This document shows positions 19,816-29,383 of a stretch of DNA of 64,000 nucleotides, piece after piece (within the stretch, counting starts at the first letter, position 1; each line of letters starts with the position of its first letter). Below the pieces are notes generated by a model. The model searched no databases. It was given only the letters and a program-made list of their open reading frames with translations, and had not been told where the DNA came from. This stretch comes from Gaiellales bacterium (GTDB lineage Bacteria; Actinomycetota; Thermoleophilia; Gaiellales; SKUG01), in NCBI GenBank assembly GCA_038212015.1, contig JBBQUY010000002.1, positions 7,313 through 71,312 of the forward strand, in the 5' to 3' direction. The position numbers and the translations under genes were made by a program.

Positions 19816-20283
19816 ATGCAGATCGCCACGAACATCACCGGAGTTGTGCCGACGGTCGCGGGAGCGACGGGAATGGCCTCGGCGCTGCAGACGCCGGATG
19901 CGAATCGCGTGTTGGGGAACGTGCGGATTCGGATCTTCGATCGTGACGATCACGTCACCTTCACCGCGCACCAGCAGCTGGTGGCCGGCGGGCGCGTGGG
20001 AGCGCGCGACGGCTACAGGACGCTGCGGGAGGCGATGATCGAGCTCGCGTTCGTCACGAGGGGCGATCGCAACCAGGCCGCTGCGGTGCTCGAGCGTGAC
20101 GGTCGTTTCTTCGGGCACGCGCTCAAGGGACGCGATCTCGAGCAGGGCGTGCGCGCACCACTGCGACGCACGCACCTCGAAACGGACGACCGCATGAAGG
20201 TCGTCGAATTCCGGGCACAGGAGCGCTTCGATCGGCTGCGCGCGATCGTGGACGGTGCGTACTCGCACCGGTTCAGAGGCTGA
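19816..20283 (+). CDS. Hypothetical protein, likely LysR target (155 aa)
   Basis: ATG 19816 with GGAAAGGA upstream. Divergent from lysR. No known motif recognized. Confidence 0.5.
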   Translation: MQIATNITGVVPTVAGATGMASALQTPDANRVLGNVRIRIFDRDDHVTFTAHQQLVAGGRVGARDGYRTLREAMIELAFVTRGDRNQAAAVLERDGRFFGHALKGRDLEQGVRAPLRRTHLETDDRMKVVEFRAQERFDRLRAIVDGAYSHRFRG

Positions 20284-20320
20284 ACCACCGGAAAGCTTGG
20301 CGTGCCGTGCGCGCCACGCG

Positions 20321-20355
20321 GGGGGCTCGTCGACCAGGGGAGGCGGCGAGCCCCC
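20321..20355 (+). terminator. Perfect 9-bp stem hairpin (gggggctcg/cgagccccc, 17-nt loop)
   Basis: Located 38 nt after the stop of the 19816-20283 gene. Further hairpins lie at 20427-20444 and 20457-20474. Confidence 0.35.
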
Positions 20356-20652
20356 GTGTAATTTCACGGTAGGTCCCGAGGAGCGGCGCGGTGTGCCGGC
20401 AGCGTGCTGCGCGGGCGGTGCGCGAGCCCGGGCCCTGGCCCGGGGCACGTGATCCCCACCATGTGGTGATGGTGTGACGCGGGCGGTGGCGCGAGCGGAA
20501 CCTGCGACTGCGCGTCGACCCCGGCCATACGGGTGTCCGACGCGGGCCACGGGTCTGCTGCACGCGAGGCGGATCGTGCCCCCGGCGGCCTACCATCATC
20601 CTGCGAGCGCCATGACGGGCGCTCCGAGTGTCGATCGAAAGGCGCAGCCGAG

Positions 20653-21216
20653 ATGAGCACGTACCAGTACGCAGCACCCGCCCCCGCACGAAGCGGCGGC
20701 ACAGACGTCGCCGCATGGGCGCTCGTCGCACTCGTCGTGGCCGTGATCTGCGCAGGCGCCGGCTGGGCAATCGCCCGCCAGGACACGCCGGGCACCGCCG
20801 ACATCGCCCGCAATGCCGAGCTCGCTGCTCGCGACGGCTTCACCCGCGGCGAGAGCTCCGGCTTCGGCGAGGGTGCACGCCTCGGCCGCCGACAGGTCGC
20901 GGTCCGCACCAAGGCCCAGATGGCTGCGGAGCGCCGCCAGGCCGCGCGCGAGGGATACGACACCGGCTTCATGGAAGGTCGCGCCAAGGCCGGCGACCCG
21001 AACGCGTACATGAGTTCCACGGCTGGCGCGGGCGTGTACCCGGCCGCCGGCTACGAGGACATCCTCTCCGCCGACCTGCTCGGCGGCGACGTTCCCGGCT
21101 TCAGCGACAGCGCCTACGACTCGCTCGGATTCGGTACCGGCACGTCGACGCCCTACCTTGGTTCGACGAGCCGCTCCACGAGCCTCGGCGACGAGTACGC
21201 GGGCTTCGGCTACTAG
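20653..21216 (+). CDS. Single-pass membrane protein, G-rich C-terminus (paralog of 49398-50000)
   Basis: Start ATG 20653 (MSTYQYAAP). TM segment AAWALVALVVAVICAGAGWAIA. The segment ...REGYDTGFMEGRAKAG aligns by eye with the 49398 protein. Confidence 0.5.
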   Translation: MSTYQYAAPAPARSGGTDVAAWALVALVVAVICAGAGWAIARQDTPGTADIARNAELAARDGFTRGESSGFGEGARLGRRQVAVRTKAQMAAERRQAAREGYDTGFMEGRAKAGDPNAYMSSTAGAGVYPAAGYEDILSADLLGGDVPGFSDSAYDSLGFGTGTSTPYLGSTSRSTSLGDEYAGFGY

Positions 21217-21228
21217 GCAGCAAGGCGC

Positions 21229-22203
21229 CTAGGCCGCGCCGCTGTCGTCTGACGGCAGCGCGGAGCGCATGCGGCGCATGATCTCTTCCTGCGTCTGCGG
21301 GTTCGAGAGCAGATAGCCGCCCACGAGGCGCTGGAACGCTGCGCGCGTGATCGACCAGGTCAGTGCCTTCTCCGACGCCTGCACGGTCGCGTTGCGGGGC
21401 ATGTCGAGCAGCAGCGCCGTCTCTCCGAAGAAATCCCCGGGTCCGAGCTCGGCGACGGTGTCACCGTCGCGAACGACCTGCACGGTTCCCTCGAGCAGGA
21501 TGTAGAAGCGATCGCCCGGATCGCCCTGCTGGATGATCGGCGCGCGCTCCGGATACCACCGGTGCTCGGCCTGCTGCAGCACGAATTCCAGATCGGAATC
21601 GGGCAGGCGCTTGAGCAGGTCGAGCTCCTTGATGCGCAGTCGACCACGCCCGGCGCCCGAGGGCTGCTGGCGTCGCTCCCGCTCGCGCAGCACGCGGAAC
21701 ACCAGCACGTGCTCGGCGATCGAGCGATGGAAGGTCAGCGCGTCGAACGCGTACGCGCGAAGCGGGATCGACCCATGCACGCGCACGGTGGCATTGCGCG
21801 CCTGGTTGGTGAGGAGTCCGAGCTCGCCGAAATACGACCCGAGCGACAGTCGTGCGACGACACGCTCAAGGCCGCCGCGATCGCGACGCAGCACGTCGGC
21901 ACTGCCGCTGCGGATCACGTAGAAGCGCTTGCTTCCATCCTCGGATCCGTCGCCCTGCGTGACGATCCTCGAACCGGGGGCGAACTCACAGCCCTCGGCA
22001 CTGCGGGCGATGTCCCACAACGTGGTGTCATCGATCTCGAAAAGGATCGGGACGCTGCGAAGAAAGGCGAAACACTTCGTGGCACGCTGCATCGCGTCGC
22101 CATCATCTGAAGTGTGCCCTGGCAGGGATGCACCGCCGAAACGACCACCGCCCACCGGGTCAGCATCGTCCCGGAACCCGTCCATCCTCTCGATCATCGG
22201 CAA
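21229..22203 (-). CDS. Protein with two cyclic nucleotide-binding (CAP effector-like) domains
   Basis: Two FGE(L/T)(G/A)LL...NATV signatures (YFGELGLLTNQARNATV and FFGETALLLDMPRNATV). Exact start uncertain. Confidence 0.7.
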   Translation of the reverse strand: MPMIERMDGFRDDADPVGGGRFGGASLPGHTSDDGDAMQRATKCFAFLRSVPILFEIDDTTLWDIARSAEGCEFAPGSRIVTQGDGSEDGSKRFYVIRSGSADVLRRDRGGLERVVARLSLGSYFGELGLLTNQARNATVRVHGSIPLRAYAFDALTFHRSIAEHVLVFRVLRERERRQQPSGAGRGRLRIKELDLLKRLPDSDLEFVLQQAEHRWYPERAPIIQQGDPGDRFYILLEGTVQVVRDGDTVAELGPGDFFGETALLLDMPRNATVQASEKALTWSITRAAFQRLVGGYLLSNPQTQEEIMRRMRSALPSDDSGAA

Positions 22204-22402
22204 TTCGGGCTGATTCCGGTGTAAGGATTCTGTTCAGGTATGCACCAATCCCGCACGCGAGTCTGCTGAAAACCGCACTCGCTGCCCCGTGATTCGGTCC
22301 GTTCTGCGAAGTATGCTGCTTCATAACGGACCGTGAATGCAGTCCGGAGGGGGCGTCGTCCTCGCGGAAGGCGCTACGACACATCAGAAAGCGGTACGCA
22401 AC

Positions 22403-22606
22403 ATGGCACGTGGCACGGTGAAGTGGTTCGACGGCGAGAAGGGGTATGGCTTCATCACCCCCGAAGACGGTACAAAGGACCTCTTCGTTCACTTCTCCAA
22501 CATCTCGGGTTCCGGCTTCCGGTCGCTCGAGGAAGGCCAGCAGGTGCAGTTCGAGGTCGGTGAGGGACGCAAGGGTCCCGAGGCCACGGATGTCTCGGCT
22601 GTCTGA
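22403..22606 (+). CDS. cspA: Cold-shock protein, CspA family
   Basis: [18 protein letters not shown] contains the RNP1 motif. 67 aa. Long AT-richer 5'UTR. Confidence 0.9.
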   Translation: MARGTVKWFDGEKGYGFITPEDGTKDLFVHFSNISGSGFRSLEEGQQVQFEVGEGRKGPEATDVSAV

Positions 22607-22662
22607 GCCTCGACGAAAGCAATCCGGATCGAGCCTCGTTGCTCGCTTCGACGGATTCATGC

Positions 22663-22692
22663 GAGGGGCGCGTCCTGCGGGATGCGCCCCTC
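22663..22692 (+). terminator. cspA terminator hairpin (gaggggcgc/gcgcccctc, 12-nt loop)
   Basis: 9-bp perfect stem 57 nt after the cspA stop and immediately before the tRNA. Confidence 0.45.
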
Positions 22693-22722
22693 GTGTCATC
22701 TCCAGTAAGATGGTCACCACCG

Positions 22723-22793
22723 GCGGGTATGGTGAAGTGGTATCACGAGAGCTTCCCAAGCTCTAATTGCGGGTTCGATTCCCGCTACCCGCT
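22723..22793 (+). tRNA. tRNA-Gly (anticodon CCC)
   Basis: Cloverleaf folded by hand. Acceptor stem GCGGGTA/TACCCGC. D-stem GTGA/TCAC. Anticodon stem AGAGC/GCTCT with loop TTCCCAA. 4-nt variable loop. T-arm GCGGG-TTCGATT-CCCGC. CCA is not encoded. Confidence 0.85.
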
Positions 22794-22908
22794 CCTCAGA
22801 CGCTGCGGCAGCACATGCGATCTGGTGGTTGCCTCCCTGGGGAGCTGGATCAGGGGGAACCCCCAGCCCGGTTCAAGGGATGAGTCGATGTGCCGATCAT
22901 GAAAACGC

Positions 22909-24189
22909 ATGCTCATGAGGACTACCTGGACACTTCGCGGGCGACGTGGCACCGCAATCCTGCTGGGGATGTTTGCAGCGGCCAGCGTCGCGGCCCAGCC
23001 CGGCACCGCAGCGACCTCATCCACCGTCGTCGGGGCCGAGGTGCTGAGCGCGACCTCGATCGACACCACCGCGTGCGCTACGGGAGAGCTGGGACGAACC
23101 GATCTCGGCATGGTGCCTCCAGGATCGATGGTCCTGACGTCACTCGACTGTGGGGTGGATTTCGGCTCCAGCAATGACACCAGCATGCTGCTGCTTCAGC
23201 AGCGTGACGGGGGTGGCGCCGCAATGCTCGGTGGTACGTCGTCGAACGTGGTTGGGTGGTGGAGCATGGAGGGCTCGGGGGCCGATCAGTCGACCAACGG
23301 CAATACGCTCGCCACTCGCAATGGCGCCGGGTACGGGGCGGGCCCAGGATCCTTCGGACAGGCACTGACGGTCTCCGAGGCGACCACGCAGCACGGCGAA
23401 GCCACATGGATCGCACCATACGATCTCTCGCCGCCGTTCACGGTCGAGGGCTGGTTCCGTACCGGCGCAGGGTTTCCCGGCAGCCAGAATTCGCCGACGA
23501 TGATCTCCAAGGGCGCTGGTTCAACGAATCGCAACTTCGCGGTCTACGTCAGCTCGGGAGGGATTCTTCGGGCTTCGTTGAGCGCCGGCGGCGTCTTCCA
23601 GGCGGTTGGAGGACAGCCAGTCGCAGACGGGCTCTGGCACCACTTCGCGATGGTGGTGCGTGGTACGGATCCGACCGCGACGCTCGCCGTTTACCTGGAT
23701 GGACAGCTGGACGCAGAGCTCGCGTTGACCGCGCCGGTCGATGCTTCACAGGTCGCGTCCATCCTCGTCGGCAGGGGGGGCGGACTGACCAATTTTCACG
23801 GCGAGCTGGACGAGGTCCGCATCTACGCCTCGGCGCTGCCCGCAGGTCAGGTCGCGACGCACGCAACAGGTACGGTGCCCGATTATGGGGGGCCGGTGTC
23901 GTGGGCCTCGGACGCAGCGTTCGGCGCATGCCTGCGATCGACGACAGGTGACGCCGCGGTGGACGGCACTACGTGGCCTGTCGATGGAAACGGTACGTGC
24001 GCCGACGGGGACGCCGATCCATGGCGAGCCATCGCCCCGACGACCGCCGCGGGCGCAAAGCTGGCGTTCACGCCCGTGTCGGGATCGGGTGGCGTACGGC
24101 TCCGCTTCCAGCTCAAGGCGGGAGCCGCACAGGCTCCGGGAGCATATATCGCCCCGCTGACCTTCAGCGTCATTGCGCCGAACACCTGA
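22909..24189 (+). CDS. Secreted LamG-like / concanavalin A-like lectin-glucanase fold protein
   Basis: Signal peptide MLMRTTWTLRGRRGTAILLGMFAAASVAA. The pattern GWFR...VYLDGQL...GELDEVRIY is typical of LamG-type jellyrolls. GC3 is lower than in neighbouring genes. Confidence 0.5.
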   Translation: MLMRTTWTLRGRRGTAILLGMFAAASVAAQPGTAATSSTVVGAEVLSATSIDTTACATGELGRTDLGMVPPGSMVLTSLDCGVDFGSSNDTSMLLLQQRDGGGAAMLGGTSSNVVGWWSMEGSGADQSTNGNTLATRNGAGYGAGPGSFGQALTVSEATTQHGEATWIAPYDLSPPFTVEGWFRTGAGFPGSQNSPTMISKGAGSTNRNFAVYVSSGGILRASLSAGGVFQAVGGQPVADGLWHHFAMVVRGTDPTATLAVYLDGQLDAELALTAPVDASQVASILVGRGGGLTNFHGELDEVRIYASALPAGQVATHATGTVPDYGGPVSWASDAAFGACLRSTTGDAAVDGTTWPVDGNGTCADGDADPWRAIAPTTAAGAKLAFTPVSGSGGVRLRFQLKAGAAQAPGAYIAPLTFSVIAPNT

Positions 24190-24216
24190 GCTTATGTGGA
24201 CCGGGTTGTCTCACGC

Positions 24217-25071
24217 TCAGGCCGCTGCGAGCGGATCATCACGTCGGCGCAGGTCGATCATGCCGTTCACGCCGATCGCCCGAAGCTTCGCGGTCATCGC
24301 GGCCACGTCCGGATCGCCGAGCAGTGGCAGGTTCCACGCATTGACCGCCGCGAAGGAGCGGCGCAGCAATTCGATGTCACCGCGATGCACGAGGCCCGCC
24401 ATGACGGCGACGCCCAGGCGGTCGCCACCGATCGCGCGAGCCGCACGGGCGGCCAGCAGATACCCGGGACCGAGCGGCAACGGCAGGTTGAGCGTGATCC
24501 ACGACGTCGGGAAGCGACCGCGCAGGGCGCGAATCGAGTCGACCGACAGGCCCTTCGAAAACGGCGTGGCCAGACCGACGTTGAACGTCACCGCGCCAGC
24601 GGGGATGCCGAGGCGTTCGAGCGTCTCGGAGACCTGGGCAAGCGCCGCGGGCTCCTTGATGTCAATGCGCAGGTGCTTGCCACCGCGCGCGCCCAGCAGT
24701 GCCCACTGCTCGAACGTCAGGTCGTGCGCGGCATCGTCGTCGTGCTGCATGACGGGGATGCCGTTGCGCACGCGCACGTCGCCTTCGACCGAGTTGTACG
24801 GGCCGGCAAGTGCGTAGCCGAGCTGCGCTCGAGTATTCGCGTAATGCGCATTTCGGATCGTCGATGGATGGTCGCCCGGCGTGAATCGCTGGTCGGCAGG
24901 CGCATTCGCGGCCAGCGTCGCAAGCGTCGCGAGTGCGGGCACGGGATTCGGCAGGGCGGGATGGCGAGGGGGGATCGGCGGCAGCTCCGGACCCGGAACG
25001 TCGAACGATCGTGCCGGCGGCGACGGCAGCGCGTGGGCGCTCACCCGCGTGACGTTCCCGAGTGGGACCAT
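24217..25071 (-). CDS. PLC-like phosphodiesterase fold protein (DUF2181/FAM151-like)
   Basis: AHYANT...L..AL......VEGDV matches the HAVNS...IEADV pattern I recall for DUF2181/GDPD-like proteins. Start uncertain (ATG 25071 chosen). Confidence 0.4.
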   Translation of the reverse strand: MVPLGNVTRVSAHALPSPPARSFDVPGPELPPIPPRHPALPNPVPALATLATLAANAPADQRFTPGDHPSTIRNAHYANTRAQLGYALAGPYNSVEGDVRVRNGIPVMQHDDDAAHDLTFEQWALLGARGGKHLRIDIKEPAALAQVSETLERLGIPAGAVTFNVGLATPFSKGLSVDSIRALRGRFPTSWITLNLPLPLGPGYLLAARAARAIGGDRLGVAVMAGLVHRGDIELLRRSFAAVNAWNLPLLGDPDVAAMTAKLRAIGVNGMIDLRRRDDPLAAA

Positions 25072-25217
25072 CAGATGGCGGGGTGTGGTCGCGGTGAGCT
25101 GCACGAGGCGAAGATCCCGCGACCGGGGAAGACGGAAACCCGGCAGCGGGAACGTCGGCCGCCGCGCAGGACCAGCCGGCCGCTGCCTGCGCACCGAACC
25201 GCGACTAGGATTGCGGC

Positions 25218-26384
25218 ATGCAGCCACGCCCGCTCGAGCTCTCCGCACGCATCGCGCTCCGCGCGACCGTGGTCGCTGCGTCGCTCGCGCTCGCGCTGGT
25301 TCCGCCGGGCGTCGTGTCCGCAGGCGAGGCGGTCCCTGATCCGCACCTGATAGCTGCTCGGGCCGCGTTGGCGGAGCTGTCGCTCGTCGACCGCGCTGCG
25401 CAGGTGCTCATGACCAGCGTGCCGGGATCCACGCTCACCAGCCGGGATCAGGCGCTGCTCCGGCAGCTGCGACCCGGCGGGATCATCCTCTTCGGCGACA
25501 ACTATCGATCACGCACGCAGCTGACCCGTCTCACGCGCGCGATGCAGGTCGCGGCGCGGGCGGGGGATGCTTCCCGCCACCGCGCGCTCGTGTCGATCGA
25601 CCAGGAGGGCGGCGTCGTGCGCCGCATGCGCGATGCGCCGCCCACGCGATCGCATCCCCAGCTCGGCGCGGCCGACGACGTGGACGCGACGCGCGAACAG
25701 GGACGACGCACCGGCGTCGCGCTGCGCGGCGTCGGCGTGCACATGAACCTCGCGCCGGTCGCTGACCTGGACCTGCGCCCGCGCCGCGTCATGCGCGAAC
25801 GCAGCTTCGGCACCTCGCCGGCGCTCGTCGCGCGGCACGTCACGGCATTCGTCGACGGACTGCAGGCCGGCGGAGCCGTCGGCTCGGTCAAGCACTACCC
25901 GGGCTTCGGCGGCGCGAGCGTCAACTCCGACGATGCGCTCGCCACGATCACGCGCACCCGCACGCAGCTCAACGCCGACCTGCGACCGTTTCGTGCCGCG
26001 ATCGACGCCGGCGTGGAATCGGTGATGATCTCCCACGGCGTGTACGTGCGCATCGATCGGCGCCGGCCCGCGTCCACGAGTCCTGCGATGTATCGCCTGC
26101 TCCGACAGGAGCTCGGCTACGACGGGCTCGTGATCACCGACTCGCTGCACGCCGCCGGGTTCGGCGCGGCGACCCATGGCGGCGTCGTGGACGGGTGCGA
26201 ACGCGTGCTCGCCGCCGGCGCCGACATCGCGCTGCTCACCGGATCGGTGCGAGAGGCGCTCGCCTGCCGTGCGCGGCTCGTCGACGCGGTGCGCTCCGGT
26301 CGTCTCCCGCGCGCGCGCTTGGACGAGGCAGCCACGCGTGTGCTGCGTCTCAAGTCGAGCCTCGGACTGCTCGGCAGCTCCTGA
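25218..26384 (+). CDS. Glycoside hydrolase family 3, beta-N-acetylhexosaminidase (NagZ-like), secreted
   Basis: Signal peptide. The GH3 N-terminal domain motifs KHYPGFG and GLVITD are present. 388 aa. Confidence 0.75.
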   Translation: MQPRPLELSARIALRATVVAASLALALVPPGVVSAGEAVPDPHLIAARAALAELSLVDRAAQVLMTSVPGSTLTSRDQALLRQLRPGGIILFGDNYRSRTQLTRLTRAMQVAARAGDASRHRALVSIDQEGGVVRRMRDAPPTRSHPQLGAADDVDATREQGRRTGVALRGVGVHMNLAPVADLDLRPRRVMRERSFGTSPALVARHVTAFVDGLQAGGAVGSVKHYPGFGGASVNSDDALATITRTRTQLNADLRPFRAAIDAGVESVMISHGVYVRIDRRRPASTSPAMYRLLRQELGYDGLVITDSLHAAGFGAATHGGVVDGCERVLAAGADIALLTGSVREALACRARLVDAVRSGRLPRARLDEAATRVLRLKSSLGLLGSS

Positions 26385-26469
26385 CGAGGCCCCAACGGTT
26401 TCCGAACCGCCGTTCGCAGGTAGCACCGGCACGGTGCGCAAACGGGCGCAGCGGGAAACGGAGGAACGG

Positions 26470-27624
26470 ATGGCGCTCCACATCGGCGTGCTCGGGGAGA
26501 CGCGGCCGGGCGAACATCGCGTGGCGCTCACCCCGGACGTGGTCGCACGACTCGTGAAGGCCGGTCACGACGTGGCGGTCCAGGCAGGCGCGGGAGCTGG
26601 CGCCGGCTGGAGCGACGACGCATTCCAGGAAGCGGGAGCGAGCGTCGCGGTCGACGCCGGCACGACGCTCGTCGGGCGCAACATGCTCGTCAAGGTCAAC
26701 CCGCCCAACGATGTCGAGCTGTCCCATCTCGAGCCCGATGCAGTGGTGATCGCGATGCTCGACCCGCTCAACGACCAGCCCGGTATCGAGGCGATCGCCA
26801 CCAAAGGCGTCACCGCGTTCGCGATGGAGCTCATCCCGCGCATCAGTCGTGCGCAGTCGATGGACGTGCTGTCGTCGATGGCGACGGTCGCGGGCTACCG
26901 CGCGGTGCTCATGGCGGCGCAGCGCCTGGACAAGTTCTTCCCGATGCTCATGACCGCGGCCGGCACGGTCGCGCCGGCGAAGGTCTTCGTGATCGGCGCG
27001 GGTGTCGCGGGCCTGCAGGCGATCGCCACCGCGCGCCGGCTGGGTGCGGTCGTCAGTGCCTACGACACGCGCGCGGTCGTGCGCGAGCAGGTCGAGAGCC
27101 TCGGCGCGAGCTTCCTCGACATCAGCGTGGGTGCAGATGCGGAAGCCGCCGGCGGCTACGCCCGCGAGCTGACGGATGCGGAGCAGCGAAAGCAGCGCGA
27201 GCTGATGGCAGATCACATCGTCGGCTGCGACGTGGTCATCACCACAGCCCTGGTGCCGGGCCGCCCCGCACCGGTGATCATCCCGACGACCACCGTCGAG
27301 CGTATGCGCCCAGGATCGGTGATCGTCGACCTGGCCAGCCAGAACGGCGGCAACTGCGAGGTCTCCGAACACGGCCGCGACGTGGAACACGCCGGCGTTC
27401 ACGTGCTCGGACCGGACAACCTGCCGGGCGGGATGCCGGTGCACGCGAGCCAGCTGTACGCGCGCAACGTGCAGAACCTGATCGAGCTGCTCGTCGAGGA
27501 CGGGGAGCTGTCGCTGGATCGTGACGACGAGGTCATCGTCGGTACGCTCGCCACGCGCGGCGGCGAGATCGTCAACCCGATGCTGCGCGAACGCTGGCAG
27601 CTCGACACGGAGGTGGCAACGTGA
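26470..27624 (+). CDS. pntAA: NAD(P) transhydrogenase subunit alpha part 1
   Basis: Start ATG 26470 with GGAGGA upstream. Alanine-dehydrogenase-like fold. Rossmann motif VIGAGVAGL. 384 aa. Confidence 0.9.
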   Translation: MALHIGVLGETRPGEHRVALTPDVVARLVKAGHDVAVQAGAGAGAGWSDDAFQEAGASVAVDAGTTLVGRNMLVKVNPPNDVELSHLEPDAVVIAMLDPLNDQPGIEAIATKGVTAFAMELIPRISRAQSMDVLSSMATVAGYRAVLMAAQRLDKFFPMLMTAAGTVAPAKVFVIGAGVAGLQAIATARRLGAVVSAYDTRAVVREQVESLGASFLDISVGADAEAAGGYARELTDAEQRKQRELMADHIVGCDVVITTALVPGRPAPVIIPTTTVERMRPGSVIVDLASQNGGNCEVSEHGRDVEHAGVHVLGPDNLPGGMPVHASQLYARNVQNLIELLVEDGELSLDRDDEVIVGTLATRGGEIVNPMLRERWQLDTEVAT

Positions 27625-27980
27625 GTGCGGAGCTCGTCGCCCAGATCACGGTCCTGGTGCTTGCCGCGTTCGTCGGCTTCGAGGTCATCTCGAAGGTTCC
27701 GACGATGCTGCATACGCCGCTGATGTCAGCCACGAACGCGATCCACGGCGTGGTGCTCGTCGGCGCGCTGCTGGTGCTCGCGCACGATCCGACTGACACG
27801 TACGTGCGCATCGTCGGATTCGTGGCGGTCGTGTTCGGCACGATGAACGTCGTCGGCGGCTTCGTCGTGACCGACCGCATGCTCGAGATGTTCAAGCCGC
27901 GGCCGCTCGAGATCAACACCGGCGGGCTCGGCGAGGACGCCGACTCCGACGTCGGCGACACCGACGGAGGTGCGGCATGA
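27621..27980 (+). CDS. pntAB: NAD(P) transhydrogenase subunit alpha part 2 (membrane)
   Basis: GTGA overlap with pntAA. 119 aa with three TM helices. Confidence 0.85.
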   Translation: MSAELVAQITVLVLAAFVGFEVISKVPTMLHTPLMSATNAIHGVVLVGALLVLAHDPTDTYVRIVGFVAVVFGTMNVVGGFVVTDRMLEMFKPRPLEINTGGLGEDADSDVGDTDGGAA

Positions 27981-29383
27981 ACCTGCATGATCCGCAGCTC
28001 ATCGACATGCTCTACCTGCTCGCCGCGGCGCTGTTCATCATCGGGCTGCGCCGGCTCGGATCGCCGCGTACCGCGCGGTCGGGCAACACGGTCGCGGGCG
28101 TGGGCATGGCGATCGGCCTCGGCGCGACGCTGCTCATCGACGGCTTCAGGTTCGACGGCGTCGGATTCGTGCTCATCGTCGTGGGCGTGCTGATCGGCAC
28201 CGTCGCGGGCGTGGTCTCCGCGCGCTCGGTGAAGATGACCGCGATGCCGCAGATGGTGGCGTTCTTCAATGGCCTCGGCGGCGGCTGCGTCGCCCTCATC
28301 TCGATGGCCGAGTACCAGACGTTCCTGGACGGCCATGGCGATCCGTCGACGACGACACTCGTCGGCATCGCGGTGGGATCGCTCATCGGTGCGATCAGCT
28401 TCACGGGCAGCGTGATCGCGTTCGCGAAGCTGCAGGAGCTGCTGAGTGGTCGTCCGATCACGTGGCCGCTGCAGCGCACCGGCAACGCGATCCTGCTCGC
28501 GATCTCGGCGGGCCTCGGTGCGTGGATCGTGGCGGGCGCCGAACGCGGTGAGGTGATGCTCGTGCTCGTGCTGGTGGCGGCGGTGCTCGGCGTGTGCGTC
28601 GTGCTGCCGATCGGCGGCGCGGACATGCCCGTCATCATCTCGCTGCTCAACTCGCTCACCGGCTTGGCGGCATGTGCGGCGGGATTCGCGCTCGGCAACA
28701 CGCTGCTGATCGTGGCCGGCATCATCGTCGGCGCATCCGGCTTCCTGCTCACCAAGATGATGGGCGAGGCGATGAACCGCACGATCGCGAGCGTGCTGTT
28801 CGGTGCGTTCGGCGGCGGCGGTGGCCAGGCTGGGGGCGCGCTCACGCAGGGCACCGTTCGAGCTGCCGGCGCCGAAGACGTCGCGATCATGCTCGCCTAC
28901 TCGCGCCGCGTGGTGATCGTGCCGGGATATGGGCTCGCGGTCGCGCAGGCGCAGCACACGGTGCGCGAGCTGTCGGATCTGCTCGAGTCCAAGGGCGTGC
29001 ACGTCACGTATGGCATCCATCCGGTCGCCGGGCGCATGCCGGGCCACATGAACGTGCTGCTCGCGGAGGCGAACGTGCCGTACGAGCAGCTCAAGGAGAT
29101 GGACGAGGTCAATCCCGAGTTCAAGCAGACCGACGTCGTGCTCGTGATCGGTGCCAACGACGTCGTGAACCCGAGCGCCAAGACCGAGCCCGGCAGCCCG
29201 CTGTTCGGCATGCCCGTGCTCAACGTCGAGGAAGCGAAGGCCGTCGTCGTCATGAAGCGCGGCATGAGCACCGGGTTCGCCGGCGTCGACAACCCGCTCT
29301 TCGTCGCGCCCAACACGCAGATGCTGTTCGGCGACGCGAAGGCGTCGCTGTCGGAGCTGGTGACGGCGGTCGGGGCGGTGTAG
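27977..29383 (+). CDS. pntB: NAD(P) transhydrogenase subunit beta
   Basis: ATGA overlap with pntAB. Multi-TM N-terminus and a C-terminal NADP(H) domain. 468 aa. Confidence 0.9.
   Translation: MNLHDPQLIDMLYLLAAALFIIGLRRLGSPRTARSGNTVAGVGMAIGLGATLLIDGFRFDGVGFVLIVVGVLIGTVAGVVSARSVKMTAMPQMVAFFNGLGGGCVALISMAEYQTFLDGHGDPSTTTLVGIAVGSLIGAISFTGSVIAFAKLQELLSGRPITWPLQRTGNAILLAISAGLGAWIVAGAERGEVMLVLVLVAAVLGVCVVLPIGGADMPVIISLLNSLTGLAACAAGFALGNTLLIVAGIIVGASGFLLTKMMGEAMNRTIASVLFGAFGGGGGQAGGALTQGTVRAAGAEDVAIMLAYSRRVVIVPGYGLAVAQAQHTVRELSDLLESKGVHVTYGIHPVAGRMPGHMNVLLAEANVPYEQLKEMDEVNPEFKQTDVVLVIGANDVVNPSAKTEPGSPLFGMPVLNVEEAKAVVVMKRGMSTGFAGVDNPLFVAPNTQMLFGDAKASLSELVTAVGAV

Noticed and set aside
22794-22796. CCA end of the tRNA
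   Set aside because: The sequence following the discriminator is CCT, not CCA. The tRNA boundary is therefore set at the discriminator base, and the CCA is presumably added post-transcriptionally.
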